From: Eledone cirrhosa
Taxonomy: Eukaryota
NCBI GenBank assembly: GCA_964016885.1
Contig: OZ024744.1
Location: forward strand, 122,636,001 to 122,700,000
Direction of reading: 5' to 3'
Length of the DNA: 64,000 bases
Each line of letters starts with the position of its first letter. The first letter of the stretch is position 1. The notes below the pieces were generated by a model. It was given only the letters and a program-made list of their open reading frames with translations. It was not told the origin of the DNA and made no database searches. This document shows positions 1 to 12,510 of this stretch, one piece after another. A program made the position numbers and the translations under genes.

Positions 1-172
1 CATTCTAACCACATGTCATAGTATCAGAGCTGTGATCTCTCAATTCAGAGATTCTTTCCTGAGACATTCTAACCACATGTCATAGTATCAGAGCTGTGAT
101 CTCTCAATTCAGAGATTCTTTCCTGAGACATTCTAACCACATGTCATAGTATCAGAGCTGTGATCTCTCAAT
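1..172. repeat. 64-bp minisatellite (about 2.7 copies visible, runs off window start)
   Basis: Unit cattctaaccacatgtcatagtatcagagctgtgatctctcaattcagagattctttcctgaga restarts at 1, 65 and 129. Confidence 0.95.
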
Positions 173-350
173 TTGGAGAAGTTGCAGCTCTGCTTGGAGT
201 GACTCCCTGATCTCCGAGTTACACACTCTATCAAGTAACGTTAATCAATGGTGGTTGATTGTTGCAATTGTTAAAGAATCAGTATCTGATTTGGATCAGT
301 GTGTTCTCAGTTCAAATCCTACCTCCTATCAGGAATTATGAAATACAGAA

Positions 351-782
351 AGTATCAACAATGGAAAGACCAATGGACACATTGTTTCCTTGGGCTGATC
401 TGATGATCAGCTCCTTTCTTCTGCCAGGTGTTGTGACTGACAGATAGTATCAACAATAGAAAGACCAATGGACACATTGTTTCTTTGGTCTGATCTGATG
501 ATCAGCTCCTTTCTTCTGTCAGGTGTTGTGACTGACAGATAGTATCAGTAATGGAAAGACCAATAGAAACATTGTTTGTTTCCTTGGTCTGATCTGATGA
601 TCAGCTTCTTTCTTATGCCAGGAGTTGTGACTGACAGATAGTATCAACAATAGAAAGACCAATAGAGACATTGTTGCTTTGGTCTGATCTGATGATCAGC
701 TCCTTTCTTCTGCCAGGAATTGTGACAGACAGATAGTATCAGTAATAGAAAGACCAATGGAAACATTGACAGAGTTTCCTTG
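351..782. repeat. About 95-99-bp tandem repeat, about 4.5 copies
   Basis: Unit agtatca...gaaagaccaat...tgatctgatgatcagc...tgactgacagat restarts at about 351, 446, 541, 640 and 736. Confidence 0.9.
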
Positions 783-855
783 AATATTGAGGACCTAGGC
801 TGCAGCCCATTAAGATCATATGTAACTCTGGTACTGCCTAGAAAGTTAAATATAT

Positions 856-1374
856 TGTAATATATATTTATGGTAGGATGGCACTTCCTTCTCGACGATG
901 ACGTCTTGGTTTGCAGCCCCTGTTGACTATATGAAAATCTGGTAATTGTTGGAGACAAAGCTAAGATTAAAATGAACTATTCAACATGGTTAAAATAAAA
1001 ATGGTTGAGAATTCAGGCATCCTTGGACAGCTGACCTCTTCCATAAAATTGCAGCAGTCCGTCTGAGGAAGGAGCACCGTAAGACGGAGTGGGTGATACA
1101 GCAGGTGTCGCTGGCTATTGTTCATGGGAATGTGTTTGTCCATCGGAGTCAGTCTAAACACCACTCTGACCTAGGTGTCACCCTGTCCCTTTCCCCTTTC
1201 TTTCTTCCTTTATGTACCAGTTCTTCCTCTTCCTCTCCTATATGACATTTATAGTTCTTTCCAACACTGCTCCCTGTTGTCAGTATGTTTAACCTATTTA
1301 TAGTTATATCAACATTAAATAAACATCAATGTTTATGTTTTGTACAACCATGCATCATAAATATTAATGTTGCA
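856..1374 (+). mobile_element. Possible solo LTR
   Basis: TG...CA ends with imperfect terminal inverted repeats (tgtaatatatatttatg / cataaatattaatgttgca) and an internal AATAAA. No TSD found. Confidence 0.35.
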
Positions 1375-2300
1375 CGGTGCACCGTGCCACCCACATGCAG
1401 ATCTTCTCGGGGAACTTGATGCCACCATTCGATGCTGTGCGGAACACATCTGCAATCTCAGTTTCAACAGCATAGGCTGGCAAGAGGCAACACTCCCAGC
1501 CTCAGTCTCCGATCAACTTTACCTGGCTACCTCTCCTCTATCTCCTACTGTCAGCGAGGTTCTAAGCCAGAAAGCCGAACCTGACCTGGCACTCGCATCA
1601 GAGTGCCCTAACACCTTGGCCTCCGCGTGTGTGAGCCACACAAACGCCGCTGTAGGGCAGTTGTTGACAAGTTCAGCATACACTCATTGTCTTGCTGCCA
1701 GAGCGCAGGCCGGTTCCTCTCACACGCCGCTCTCAATGACATACTGAGAAGGAGCCTGGACACAGCTGGTTCCCATCACAATTGAAGCTAGAAAGCCTCG
1801 ACCGTGGAGACGGCAAGCGTTCCAACGGAATCACCCTCTTCCCATTCAAAGGAGGTAGATCCCTCATCTGGGATGCCACATGTTGCGACATGTTCTCCGC
1901 CCCCAACTTAGTCACTTCAGCCACAAACCCCGGCATCGTGGCCCGCCTCACAGAAGAACCTAAAATAAACAAATACCGGGGTTTTCTGGCCTCTTCGCAC
2001 CGGTCACCACCGTCAAGACCTCAGGCTTACTTCACCCAATATTGCCGAGCTCCTCCGCAAGAGCGGAACATTGGCGGCCCATCTGAGGAGGAAGCCCTGG
2101 AAGGTTGGGTGGCTGGTGTCACTAGTCATTGTCCGAGGGAATGGTTTTGTAGTCTTGTCTGCGAGGCGCAGCACCTCTGTCCCCTTGACCTACACCCAAT
2201 CACCCTCACCTCTCTTCTGCAACACCAGAGCTCTTGCCTTCCCATTTTTTTACTTCTTTCTTTTTCTATTTTTTCTCTATATTTCCCTATTCTTTTTTCC
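1375..2300 (+). mobile_element. Decayed 3' fragment of a CRE-clade non-LTR retrotransposon (RLE endonuclease)
   Basis: Frameshifted motifs WQEATLP, DGKRSNGITLFPFKGGRSLIWDATCCD and SLVIVRGN match the CRE-type restriction-like endonuclease C-terminus. Confidence 0.75.
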
Positions 2301-2329
2301 TTTTGTTTCCTCTTACACTCGCCTACTTC

Positions 2330-2660
2330 AATGTATTCAGAAGATAAGCTGGCAACATCTGACTTTGAGAGAAATATATGCTGGCCTCCAACACATATCT
2401 GTTGTACGTAAAAGGAGAGCAAGATTTGCTGGCCACTGCCAACGTGCCACCTATGAGGCTGTGTCCTCATTAGTGCTTTGGAAACCACAAGCAGTCACTA
2501 ATAACAGGGGGAATAAGCTCTCTTATCCCGATGTCATCGCTAGAGGTTCTGGAATTGAGATCCAGGACTCGGCAATGGCAATGAACAACAGACCCACGTG
2601 GAGATCAATCGTTGAGTCTATTTCAGTTGAGGCTGCTGGATGGTGATGATGGCGATGATT
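2330..2660 (+). mobile_element. 3' fragment of an RTE-like LINE
   Basis: Post-RT C-terminus RKRRARFAGHCQR...AMNNRPTWRSIV followed by a (GAT)n tail. Confidence 0.7.
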
Positions 2661-2781
2661 TTATTATTGCCGTTATTATTGTTGTCATTATTATTATTAC
2701 TATTGTTACTGTAAATAAACCTGGTTTAAGATTATAAAGATAACCTAAATAATCTATCTTAGAATTAGATATTTTACTTAC

Positions 2782-3066
2782 CCAGTGTGCTGAGAAATAT
2801 AGGCCAGTAATCTTTCCCTGTAGTTCGGTCAAAGCATCAACATATCCAAATGTTTCACCGTCAGAGTTATTGGTCAACAGCTTACCTCTGATCACTTCCT
2901 TAAAAGGACTAGGTCTCCATGGGAACATTTCGCCCCGAGGGTCATCTTCAATGCAGCTGATACCATTTTTAGTGATAACTTTACCGGTTTCAGTATCTAA
3001 AAGAACCAACATGGGCACTCTTGGAACTGGTACCCGGAGAACGTGGTATTTTTTTATAAGAGTTTT
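2782..3066 (-). CDS. NXN: Internal exon (95 codons, phase 0/0) of a nucleoredoxin-like thioredoxin-fold protein
   Basis: KTLIKKY...LLDTETGKVITKNGISCIEDDPRGEMFPWRPSPFKEVIRGKLL...GLYFSAHW resembles nucleoredoxin just before its WCPPC active site. Acceptor ttttccag, donor GTAAGT, length 285 nt. Confidence 0.88.
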
Positions 3067-3189
3067 CTGGAAAATACAATAAGTTAAAAACAAATTTATC
3101 AGTTGTATTATTTCTCTGAGGAGATTTTTGCTATCTTTACAAAACACAATACTCCTCTTATATATACTGTCTAAAGTCTAAACTGTCTT

Positions 3190-3530
3190 TAACCTAGAGA
3201 CTCATCAGGCTGGTGTTTATCCTGGTTTCTGTGGTGTTAAGTGACTGAGAGTACAAAACATCCCCCTGGACAGGACACCAGTCCATCACAGAGTTAAAGT
3301 TGGTCTTAGTGTCATTGGTGTTAAGTGACTGAGAGTACAAGACTTCCCCCTGGACAGGACACCAGTCCATCACAGGGTTAAACCCCCAGCTATTGTTACT
3401 GGTACTACTTTTCAGCCGAGTATACTGGAACAACCTGAAATGAAGAGTTTTGCACAAGAACACAACACAACCCAGTCCAAGGATCAAACTCACAACGTTA
3501 TGATCATAAGTCCAACAGCCTTACCAAAAG
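3190..3530 (-). mobile_element. Decayed tRNA-derived SINE with an internal duplication of about 90 bp
   Basis: B-box-like segment near 3480-3495 and a tcttgtgcaaaact central block. The block ctggacaggacaccagtccatcacag occurs twice. A related copy lies at about 12650-12845. Confidence 0.55.
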
Positions 3531-3537
3531 AAGACAG

Positions 3538-3688
3538 AAGTAGTAGTGGTGGAGGTAGTAGTAGTAGTAGTAGTACTAATAGTGGTATTAGTGGTAGTAT
3601 TAGTAGTAATAACAGTAGTGATGGTGGTAGCACTAGTGGTAGTAGTAGTAATAGTAGTAGTAGTGGTAGTAGTAATGGTAGTAGTAGC
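3538..3688. repeat. (TAG/TGG)n microsatellite
   Basis: Read directly from the sequence. Confidence 0.95.
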
Positions 3689-3828
3689 AAGGGGATGCCA
3701 CGGTCTATATAATAAATGTACAATATTAACTTTGTCTTACAGGATGTAGAGGAAATCCTGCACCCTGCACATACCAACATCAACTTAAGAAAGTTAGTAA
3801 TATTACTAAATCCCTCCAGAATCGAAGG

Positions 3829-6023
3829 ATGTCTTTCATTAGAAATATGGTAATGAAAGGGTTAATGACATAGACAGTGTCTTTCATTAGAAATATGGTA
3901 ATGAAAGGGTTAATGACATAGACAGTGTCTTTCATTAGAAATATGATAATGAAAGGGTTAATGACATAGACAGTGTCTTTCATTAGAAATATGATAATGA
4001 AAGGGTTAATGACATAGACAGTGCCTTTCATTAGAAATATGATAATGAAAGGGTTAATGACATAGACAGTGTCTTTCATTAGAAATATGATAATGAAAGG
4101 GTTAATGACATAGACAGTGTCTTTCATTAGAAATATGATAATGAAAGGGTTAATGACACAGACAGTGTCTTTCATTAGAAATATGATTATGAAAGGGTTA
4201 ATGACATAGACAGTGTCTTTCATTAGAAATATGATAATGAAAGGGTTAATGACATAGACAGTGTCTTTCATTAGAAATATGGTAATGAAAGGGTTAATGA
4301 CATAGACAGTGTCTTTCATTAGAAATATGGTAATGAAAGGGTTAATGACATAGACAGTGTCTTTCATTAGAAATATGATAATGAAAGGGTTAATGACATA
4401 GACAGTGTCTTTCATTAGAAATATGGTAATGAAAGGGTTAATGACATAGACAGTGTCTTTCATTAGAAATACGATAATGAAAGGGTTAATGACATAGACA
4501 GTGTCTTTCATTAGAAATATGGTGATGAAAGGGTTAATGACATAGACAGTGTCTTTCATTAGAAATATGGTGATGAAAGGGTTAATGACATAGACAGTGT
4601 CTTTCATTAGAAATATGGTGATGAAAGGGTTAATGACATAGACAGTGTCTTTCATTAGAAATATGGTAATGAAAGGGTTAATGACATAGACAGTGTCTTT
4701 CATTAGAAATATGGTAATGAAAGGGTTAATGACATAGACAGTGTCTTTCATTAGAAATATGGTGATGAAAGGGTTAATGACATAGACAGTGTCTTTCATT
4801 AGAAATATGGTAATGAAAGGGTTAATGACATAGACAGTGTCTTTCATTAGAAATATGGTAATGAAATGGTTAATGATATAGACAGTGTCTTTCATTAGAA
4901 ATATGGTAATGAAAGGGTTAATGACATAGACAGTGTCTTTCATTAGAAATATGGTAATGAAAGGGTTAATGACATAGACAGTGTCTTTCATTAGAAATAT
5001 GGTAATGAAAGGGTTAATGACATAGACAGTGTCTTTCATTAGAAATATGATAATGAAAGGGTTAATGACATAGACAGTGTCTTTCATTAGAAATATGGTG
5101 ATGAAAGGGTTAATGACATAGACAGTGTCTTTCATTAGAAATATGGTAATGAAAGGGTTAATGACATAGATAGTGTCTTTCATTAGAAATATGGTAATGA
5201 AATGGTTAATGATATAGACAGTGTCTTTCATTAGAAATATGGTAATGAAAGGGTTAATGACATAGACAGTGTCTTTCATTAGAAATATGGTAATGAAAGG
5301 GTTAATGACATAGACAGTGTCTTTCATTAGAAATATGGTAATGAAAGGGTTAATGACATAGACAGTGTCTTTCATTAGAAATATGATAATGAAAGGGTTA
5401 ATGACATAGACAGTGTCTTTCATTAGAAATATGGTGATGAAAGGGTTAATGACATAGACAGTGTCTTTCATTAGAAATATGGTAATGAAAGGGTTAATGA
5501 CATAGATAGTGTCTTTCATTAGAAATATGGTAATGAAATGGTTAATGATATAGACAGTGTCTTTCATTAGAAATATGGTAATGAAAGGGTTAATGACATA
5601 GACAGTGTCTTTCATTAGAAATATGGTAATGAAAGGGTTAATGACATAGACAGTGTCTTTCATTAGAAATATGGTAATGAAAGGGTTAATGACATAGACA
5701 GTGTCTTTCATTAGAAATATGATAATGAAAGGGTTAATGACATAGACAGTGTCTTTCATTAGAAATATGGTGATGAAAGGGTTAATGACATAGACTATCT
5801 TTCATTAGAAATATGGTAGTGAAAGGGTTAATGACATAGACAGTGTCTTTCATTAGATATATGGTAATGAAATCTTTAATGGCATAGACAGTGTCTTTCA
5901 TTAGAAACATGGTAATGAAAAGGTTAATAACATAGACAGTGTCTTTCATTAGAAACATGGTAATGAAAAGGTTAATGACATAGACAGTGTCTTTCATTAG
6001 AAATATGGTAATGAAAGGGTTAA
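3829..6023. repeat. 48-bp minisatellite A, about 45 copies
   Basis: Unit gtctttcattagaaatatggtaatgaaagggttaatgacatagacagt, near-perfect copies. Confidence 0.98.
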
Positions 6024-6196
6024 GAGGGAGAGATGATGAGAGATAGTCAGAGAGAGAGAGATGGAGGAAGTTCAATAATTCAGCGACTATGTATGATGCA
6101 TGATTAAAAATGAACCAACCTAGTGTTATGAGTGGTAGTGGTAGTGGTGGTGGTGGTGTTGGTGGTGGTTGTGGTGGTAGTGGTGGTTGTGGTACC

Positions 6197-7890
6197 GGTA
6201 CACACTGTAAAGTGATCATGTAGGTGTCACAACGAAAAGCACCCAGTCCACACTGTAAAGTGGTCATGTAGGTGTCACAACAAAAAGTACTCAGTACACA
6301 CTGTAAAGTGGTCATGTAGGTGTCACAACAAAAAGTACCCAGTACACACTGTAAAGTGGTCATGTAGGTGTCACAACAAAAAGTACCCAGTACACACTGT
6401 AAAGTGGTCATGTAGGTGTCACAACAAAAAGTACCCAGTACACATTGTAAAGTGGTCATGTAGGTGTCACAACAAAAAGTACCCAGTACACACTGTAAAG
6501 TGGTCATGTAGGTGTCACAACAAAAAGTACCCAGTACACACTGTAAAGTGGTCATGTAGGTGTCACAACAAAAAGTACCCAGTACACATTGTAAAGTGGT
6601 CATGTAGGTGTCACAACAAAAAGTACCCAGTACACACTGTAAAGTGGTCATGTAGGTGTCTCAACAAAAAGTACACAGTACACACTGTAAAGTGGTCATG
6701 TAGGTGTCTCAACAAAAAGTACACAGTACACACTGTAAAGTGGTCATGTAGGTGTCACAACAAAAAGTACCCAGTACACACTGTAAAGAGGTCATATAAG
6801 TGTCACAACAAAAAGTACCCAGTCCATACTGTAAAGTGGTCATGTAGATGTCAAGAAAAGGTACCCAGTCCACACTGTAAAGTGGTCATGTAAGTGCTAT
6901 GATAAAAATTACCCAGTCCACAATGTAAAGTGGTCATTAGGTGTCACAACAAAGAGTACCCAGTCCACACTGTAAAGTGGTCATGTAGGTGTCACAACAA
7001 TAGTACCCAGTCCACACTCTAAAGTGGTCATGTAGGTCTCACAACAAAAAGCACCCAGTCCACACGTAGGTGTTACAACAAAAAGCATCCAGTCCACACT
7101 GTAAAGTGGTCATGTAGGTGTCACAACAATAGTACCCAGTCCACACTCTAAAGTGGTCATGTAGGTCTCACAACAAAAAGCACCCAGTCCACACGTAGGT
7201 GTTACAACAAAAAGCATCCAGTCCACACTGTAAAGTGGTCATGTAGGTGTCAACAAAAAGCACCCAGTCCACACTGTAAAGTGGTCATGTAGGTGTCACA
7301 ACAAAAAGCACCCAGTCCATACTGTAAAGTGGTCATGTAGGTGTCACAACAAAAAGTACCCAGTCCACACTAAAGTGGTCATGTAGGTGTCACAACAAAA
7401 TGTACCAAGTACACACTGTAAAGTGGTCATAACAAAAGGTACCCAGTCCACATTGTAAAGTGGTCATTTAGGTGTCACAAGTCTAAAGTCGTCATGTAGG
7501 TGTTACAAGTACCCAGTTCACACTGTAAAGTGGTCATGTAGGTGTCACAACAAAAAAGCACCCAGTACACACTGTAAAGTGGTCATGTAGGTGTCACAAC
7601 GAAAAGCACCCAGTACACACTGAGAAGTGGTCATGTAGATGTCACAACAAAAAGTACCCAGTACACACTGTAAAGTGGTCATGTAGGTGTCACAACAAAA
7701 AAGCACCCAGTACACACTGAGAAGTGGTCATGTAGATGTCACAACAAAAAGTACCCAGTACATACTGTAAAGTGGTCATGTAGATGTCACAACAAAAAGT
7801 ACCCAGTACATACTGTAAAGTGGTCATGTAGGTGCCACAATAAAACTAGCCAGTACACACTGACGAGTGGTCATGTAGGAGTCATGACAA
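6197..7890. repeat. 48-bp minisatellite B, about 35 copies
   Basis: Unit cacactgtaaagtggtcatgtaggtgtcacaacaaaaagtacccagta. Homogeneous at 6250-6780, more divergent afterwards. Confidence 0.97.
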
Positions 7891-7894
7891 AAAG

Positions 7895-8417
7895 CTTCAC
7901 CTCACATAATATCTCACATAACATTTACATTACTCTATATATACTATTGTATTTTCACAGTAAAGGCTTTACCTCACATAATATCTCACATAACATTTAC
8001 ATTACTCTATATATACTATTGTATTTTCACAGTAAAGGCTTTACCTCACATAATATCTCACATAACATTTACATTACTCTATATATACTATTGTATTTTC
8101 ACAGTAAAGGCTTTACCTCACATAATATCTCACATAACATTTACATTACTCTATATATACTATTGTATTTTCACAGTAAAGGCTTTACCTCACATAATAC
8201 CTCACATAACATTTACATTACTCTATATATACTATTGTATTTTCACAGTAAAGGCTTTACCTCACATAATATCTCACATAACATTTACATTACTCTATAT
8301 ATACTATTGTATTTTCACAGTAAAGGCTTTACCTGACATAATATCTCACATAACATTTACATTACTCTATATATACTATTGTATTTTCACAGTAAAGGCT
8401 TTACCTCACATAATATT
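7895..8417. repeat. 72-bp minisatellite C, about 7 copies
   Basis: Unit tttacctcacataatatctcacataacatttacattactctatatatactattgtattttcacagtaaaggc restarts at 7968, 8040 and so on. Confidence 0.97.
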
Positions 8418-9057
8418 GAATCTACGAGATTTTGATATTTATTTTGAGAACAATACCTTAACATATGTATGAGTGGCCAGTTACAGAAAGTTGAGCGAAT
8501 TCTAGCCGGATACGGCTGGTTTAAATACTAAAGAGTAGGTAACGAAACTCAATTGAGTCGGCAACAAGATTGATAAGAATCAATAACGAGATTCATAAGT
8601 GTCAGTATTGAGACCCCCTGGGACAAATTTTTAAGACAATATGAAAAGATGAAATGAAATAGCTCTAATTTAGATTGAACTGGCTGCCTATGAGTCTGTA
8701 TCTGATAGGTTTCTTGGGTATTTTAATGATAGGGACCCCAGTCCTATTATGAAAAGGAATGTGAAAATTGGAAAAAAAATATAGTGTAATACATAGTGTA
8801 TATATACTGTACATGTTGTGATGTTACTGGTGCCAAGCCATTGTCTTTCCCTTAAGTCTATACATATGGTGTATATAATGTAATATAGTGTATATACACT
8901 GACTATTTAGTGTATTTACACTATATATATAGTTGTGATGTCACTGGTACCAAGCTGTATCAGACATTACCTTTCTCTTGGACAACATCATATATAATAT
9001 ATATATAGTATATATATAGTTGTGATGTCACTGGTACCAAGCTGTATCAGACATTAC

Positions 9058-9115
9058 CTTTCTCTTGGACAACATAGTGGTATGGAGAGACAACCTGCGT
9101 AGTACTAGTGCCAAT
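9058..9115 (-). CDS. Candidate 58-nt exon, possibly upstream in the NXN-like gene
   Basis: Acceptor cccctcactttacag and donor AAG|gtaatg. One frame reads LALVLRRLSLHTTMLSKRK and ends in phase 0, compatible with the 3066 acceptor. Similarity to NXN (LAL...RK) is weak. Confidence 0.25.
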
Positions 9116-9221
9116 CTGTAAAGTGAGGGAATGTATATATGTGAGATGTACCACCTGGATCAGTAGAAAGGGTAATCCCTTCCATTAAGTGTATGACTTG
9201 GTCAGTAACAACCTGTCCAAT

Positions 9222-9546
9222 GGTGATAGTGGTGATGATGGTATTGGTGGTGTGGATTATTGTGATGGTGATGGCTCTGGGGTGGGAGTGGTGATGGTGG
9301 TGGTGGTGTTGATGGTGGTGTTGATGGTATTGGTGGTGATTGTTGTGGTGGTGGTGGTGTTGGTGGTGGTGGTGTTGATGGTGGTGGTGGTGGTGGTGTT
9401 GATGGTGGTGGTGTTGATGGTGGTGGTGTTGATGGTGGTGGTGGTGTTGATGGTATTGGTGGTAATGGTGGTGGTGTTGATGGTGGTGATTGTTGTGATG
9501 GTGATGGCTGTTGTGGTGGTGGTAGTAATGGGGGTGTTGATGATGT
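9222..9546. repeat. (TGG/TGA)n microsatellite
   Basis: Read directly from the sequence. Confidence 0.95.
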
Positions 9547-10926
9547 TTTCAGTTTGTGGACTGAGATGACCATAAATCAACATTATTCAATGTTTTAGGT
9601 GGAATGAGTGTAATGAAAGAGGATGTTGGAATAATATTGTCTCTCTCTCTCTCTCCTGTGTTGTATATACACACACACACCACTATACAAACACAGCATA
9701 CACACAGACAATGCACCACACACATACAAGATATACACACCACACATTACACACACAACTTTTACACATTATTTCTATAACAATAACACATTGACTGGGA
9801 AGGTCAGTAAAATTAGATTAAATCACATCAGCATTGTAGTAACAACAGTAACAACAACAACAGTAACAACAACAACAGTAACAACAACAGCAACAAGGAT
9901 CAATTCTCCTTTATACCAATTCTACATTACAAGTTTAACATTCTGTTGTTCACAGCATTATTCATTATTCAGTTTCACTTGGTTTGGTTCAATAAACACA
10001 CACATATATATGTGTGTGTATATACACATATATGTATATACACACACATATATATGTGTGTATATACACATATATGTATATACACATACATATATATATG
10101 TGTGTATATACACATATATGTATATACACACACATATATATGTGTGTGTATATACACATATATGTATTATACACACACATATATAGATATGTGTGTGTGT
10201 ATACTTATATGAATGTGTATATACATGTGTGTGTGTATATATATATATGTGTGTGTGAGTGTGTTTATATATATGTGTGTATATATATATGTGAGTATAT
10301 ACATGTGTGTGTATATATATATATGTGTGTGTATATGCACACACACAAAAAGAATGAATATTCTCTTTCAGCAGCCATTCATTTTGTCAATAATCTGACT
10401 CAGGATCCCTTCTTTTGTGCCATGTACTGGCTGGCTGCCTTTTGTTTTTACTGCTCCCTCATAAAAGCACTTTTTTTTCTTTTGAATACCACCCTGTAGC
10501 GTGTGTTGGGGGAATAGAAAAAAAAACACACAAAAAAAACAAAAAACAATCAGCAAAATAGGTTGAATTAATTTGTTTTTATATTGTGCTGTTTTTACTT
10601 TTGTTTATCTGAAATCTTCCCTTTCAGAAGATCCCATTTAGGGTGAAAGCAACTGATTCTTTAATCTGTTATTTTAATAAATATGTATATATTATTTATT
10701 TATGTTCATTCACGGAACAAAAGTGCAACCTAAGGTTTGGTCAATATTGTACCTTGAAACCTTGGCTAGTTGTTCTAGTTCTTCCAGATTGAGCAAAGTT
10801 TTCATTTTCATATCTACGGATATTGATACATATATATATCTACGGTACTCATTACATAGCAGAGTATAAATATTTCTCCTGAATGAAACAGTTCTAGTCT
10901 TGTAGAAGCCATTTCTATATTAAATC

Positions 10927-10984
<58 letters not shown>

Positions 10985-11609
10985 TGCCCATCCCAACAAA
11001 TTCTGTGTATTTTTTTTACTCTTTTTACTGGTTTTGGTCATTAGACTGCGACCATGGTGGCAGCAACACACAATGTTTAAATAGACTTAGTTAACCATAT
11101 CGATATCTTTTTTGTGGAACCCATAAGAGTCAGGACATAAACAGACATGTACACACATACACACTATGCACATATGTAAATATATTCAGGATGGGGGTGG
11201 GGGGTTCCACACAGTTTCTGTCTACCAAATTTCACTCAATATCCAGTTATGATTTCTTTAGCTATATATACTGAACAGGATTCCAACACAGGAATGATGG
11301 AGCAAATTAATTCAAAGTATTCATTTCTTCTTGTACTGGTTTCAGTCTTTATCTCTAGCCATTTCTGGGACCACATAAACAACTGGCTTCGACTGATCCT
11401 GGTCTTCCCCCTTGGGTACCACACAGTGGGACTAAACCTGAGTTAACCACAAAGCCATGTCTATGGCCCTTTATGATCTGAATTCAAATCCTGCCTTTGC
11501 CTTAGCTTTGCCTTTCATCCTTACGGAGTCGATAAAATAAAGTACCAGTAATGGACTGGGATAATTGCTGGCCTTGTGCCAAAACTAGAAACAATTATTT
11601 TTAGTAAGA

Positions 11610-12142
11610 TATGTTTCTATTTATTGCCACGAGGGCACAAAAGAAGGGGACAATACAAAGGGGGGAGCCTACACAAAAGAACGAGTAAAGAAAACAAATA
11701 ACAAATATGAAATTAACAATAAAGTCCTCAATAGGGAGGAGGCGTTTTGGGGGGTCGCACACACCCCCGAAAAAGTGTGCAACCCTTCTCCTCAGGAGCA
11801 GAGAGAGAGGGTGCTCCCTTGTTCTTCCATCTTTTTCTCCTACAGGCTGATATAGAGAGAAGGCTCATTCTCACGGGCTATTCTCGCCACTTTCACCCAT
11901 CTTTGATAAAACTGGCTGGGGTGGAGCACCTCTCTCTCCATCCTGGTCCTTCTTCCAAAATGATATCGGAAGAAAAGGACCAGTTGTTGGCCAGAGAGAA
12001 AGGTGTCTGACCTCAGTCCTTTCAAACGCGTCCACCATACAACCTCAGTCCTTTCAAACGCGTCCACCATACAACCTCTTTCACCATGGCTATTACACAC
12101 AGAAACACCGCCTCTCCTTCATTTTTGAAGAGGGGAGGTGTA
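11610..12142 (-). mobile_element. 5'-truncated L1/Tx1-clade LINE 3' end
   Basis: C-terminal EVVWWTRLKGLRSDTFLSGQQL...RWVKVAR plus a 3' UTR with AATAAA. Nearly identical to 39755-40180 and contains an internal tandem duplication of about 32 bp. Confidence 0.85.
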
Positions 12143-12299
12143 GAAATATAGGTTCAAATCCCACCGAGGTCAACTTTACCTTTCATCCTTTCGAGGTTGA
12201 TAAAAAAAGTACCAGTCTAGTACTGGGGTCGATTCTTCTTCTATATCTCTTTCTTACTTCTTCTTTCTCTCTTATCTCTCTCTCTCTATATATATATTT

Positions 12300-12510
12300 A
12301 TTATCATCACCATTTTACGCCTGCTTTTCCTTGTTTGCAATGGTGGGAAGGGTCCTATTCAGCACAGCATCTCTCTACTTGACATGGTCCTTCGTCATCT
12401 CCTCCGTGAACTTCAGCAATCTGAGGTCTGCTCTCACTACCTCCGCCCATGTTGTTTTCCATGGTCTTTCTCTACTGCATCTTCCTTCTACTGGGATTTC
12501 TTGGCATTTC
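12300..12510 (-). mobile_element. RTE LINE 3' fragment (short-UTR type)
   Basis: Reverse complement matches the 3' end of 19605-20220. Confidence 0.75.

Noticed and set aside
351-782. Tandem hammerhead in the 95-bp repeat (CTGATGA...GAAA GACCAA/TTGGTC)
   Set aside because: No stem II directly joins the core, the cleavage position would be G, and stem I is only 3 bp. Likely coincidence.
3780-5759. 659-aa repetitive ORF (also 5782-6651 and 7884-8336)
   Set aside because: These are translations of 48- and 72-bp satellites whose unit lengths are multiples of 3. There is no unique domain or gene context.
3829-8417. CRISPR-like arrays
   Set aside because: The units are contiguous with no unique spacers, there are no cas genes, and the context is eukaryotic.
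9189-10499. Val/Thr/Pro-rich and Y/I/H/C-rich ORFs (also 18044-18569, 37831-38589, 40421-43594, 51499-53107 and 55355-56872)
   Set aside because: Microsatellite translations.
10368-10813. Two possible minus-strand exons (YENENFAQSGR...GFK and GGIQKKKKCF...NGC*)
   Set aside because: Weak splice signals and no recognisable homology; cannot be supported without transcripts.
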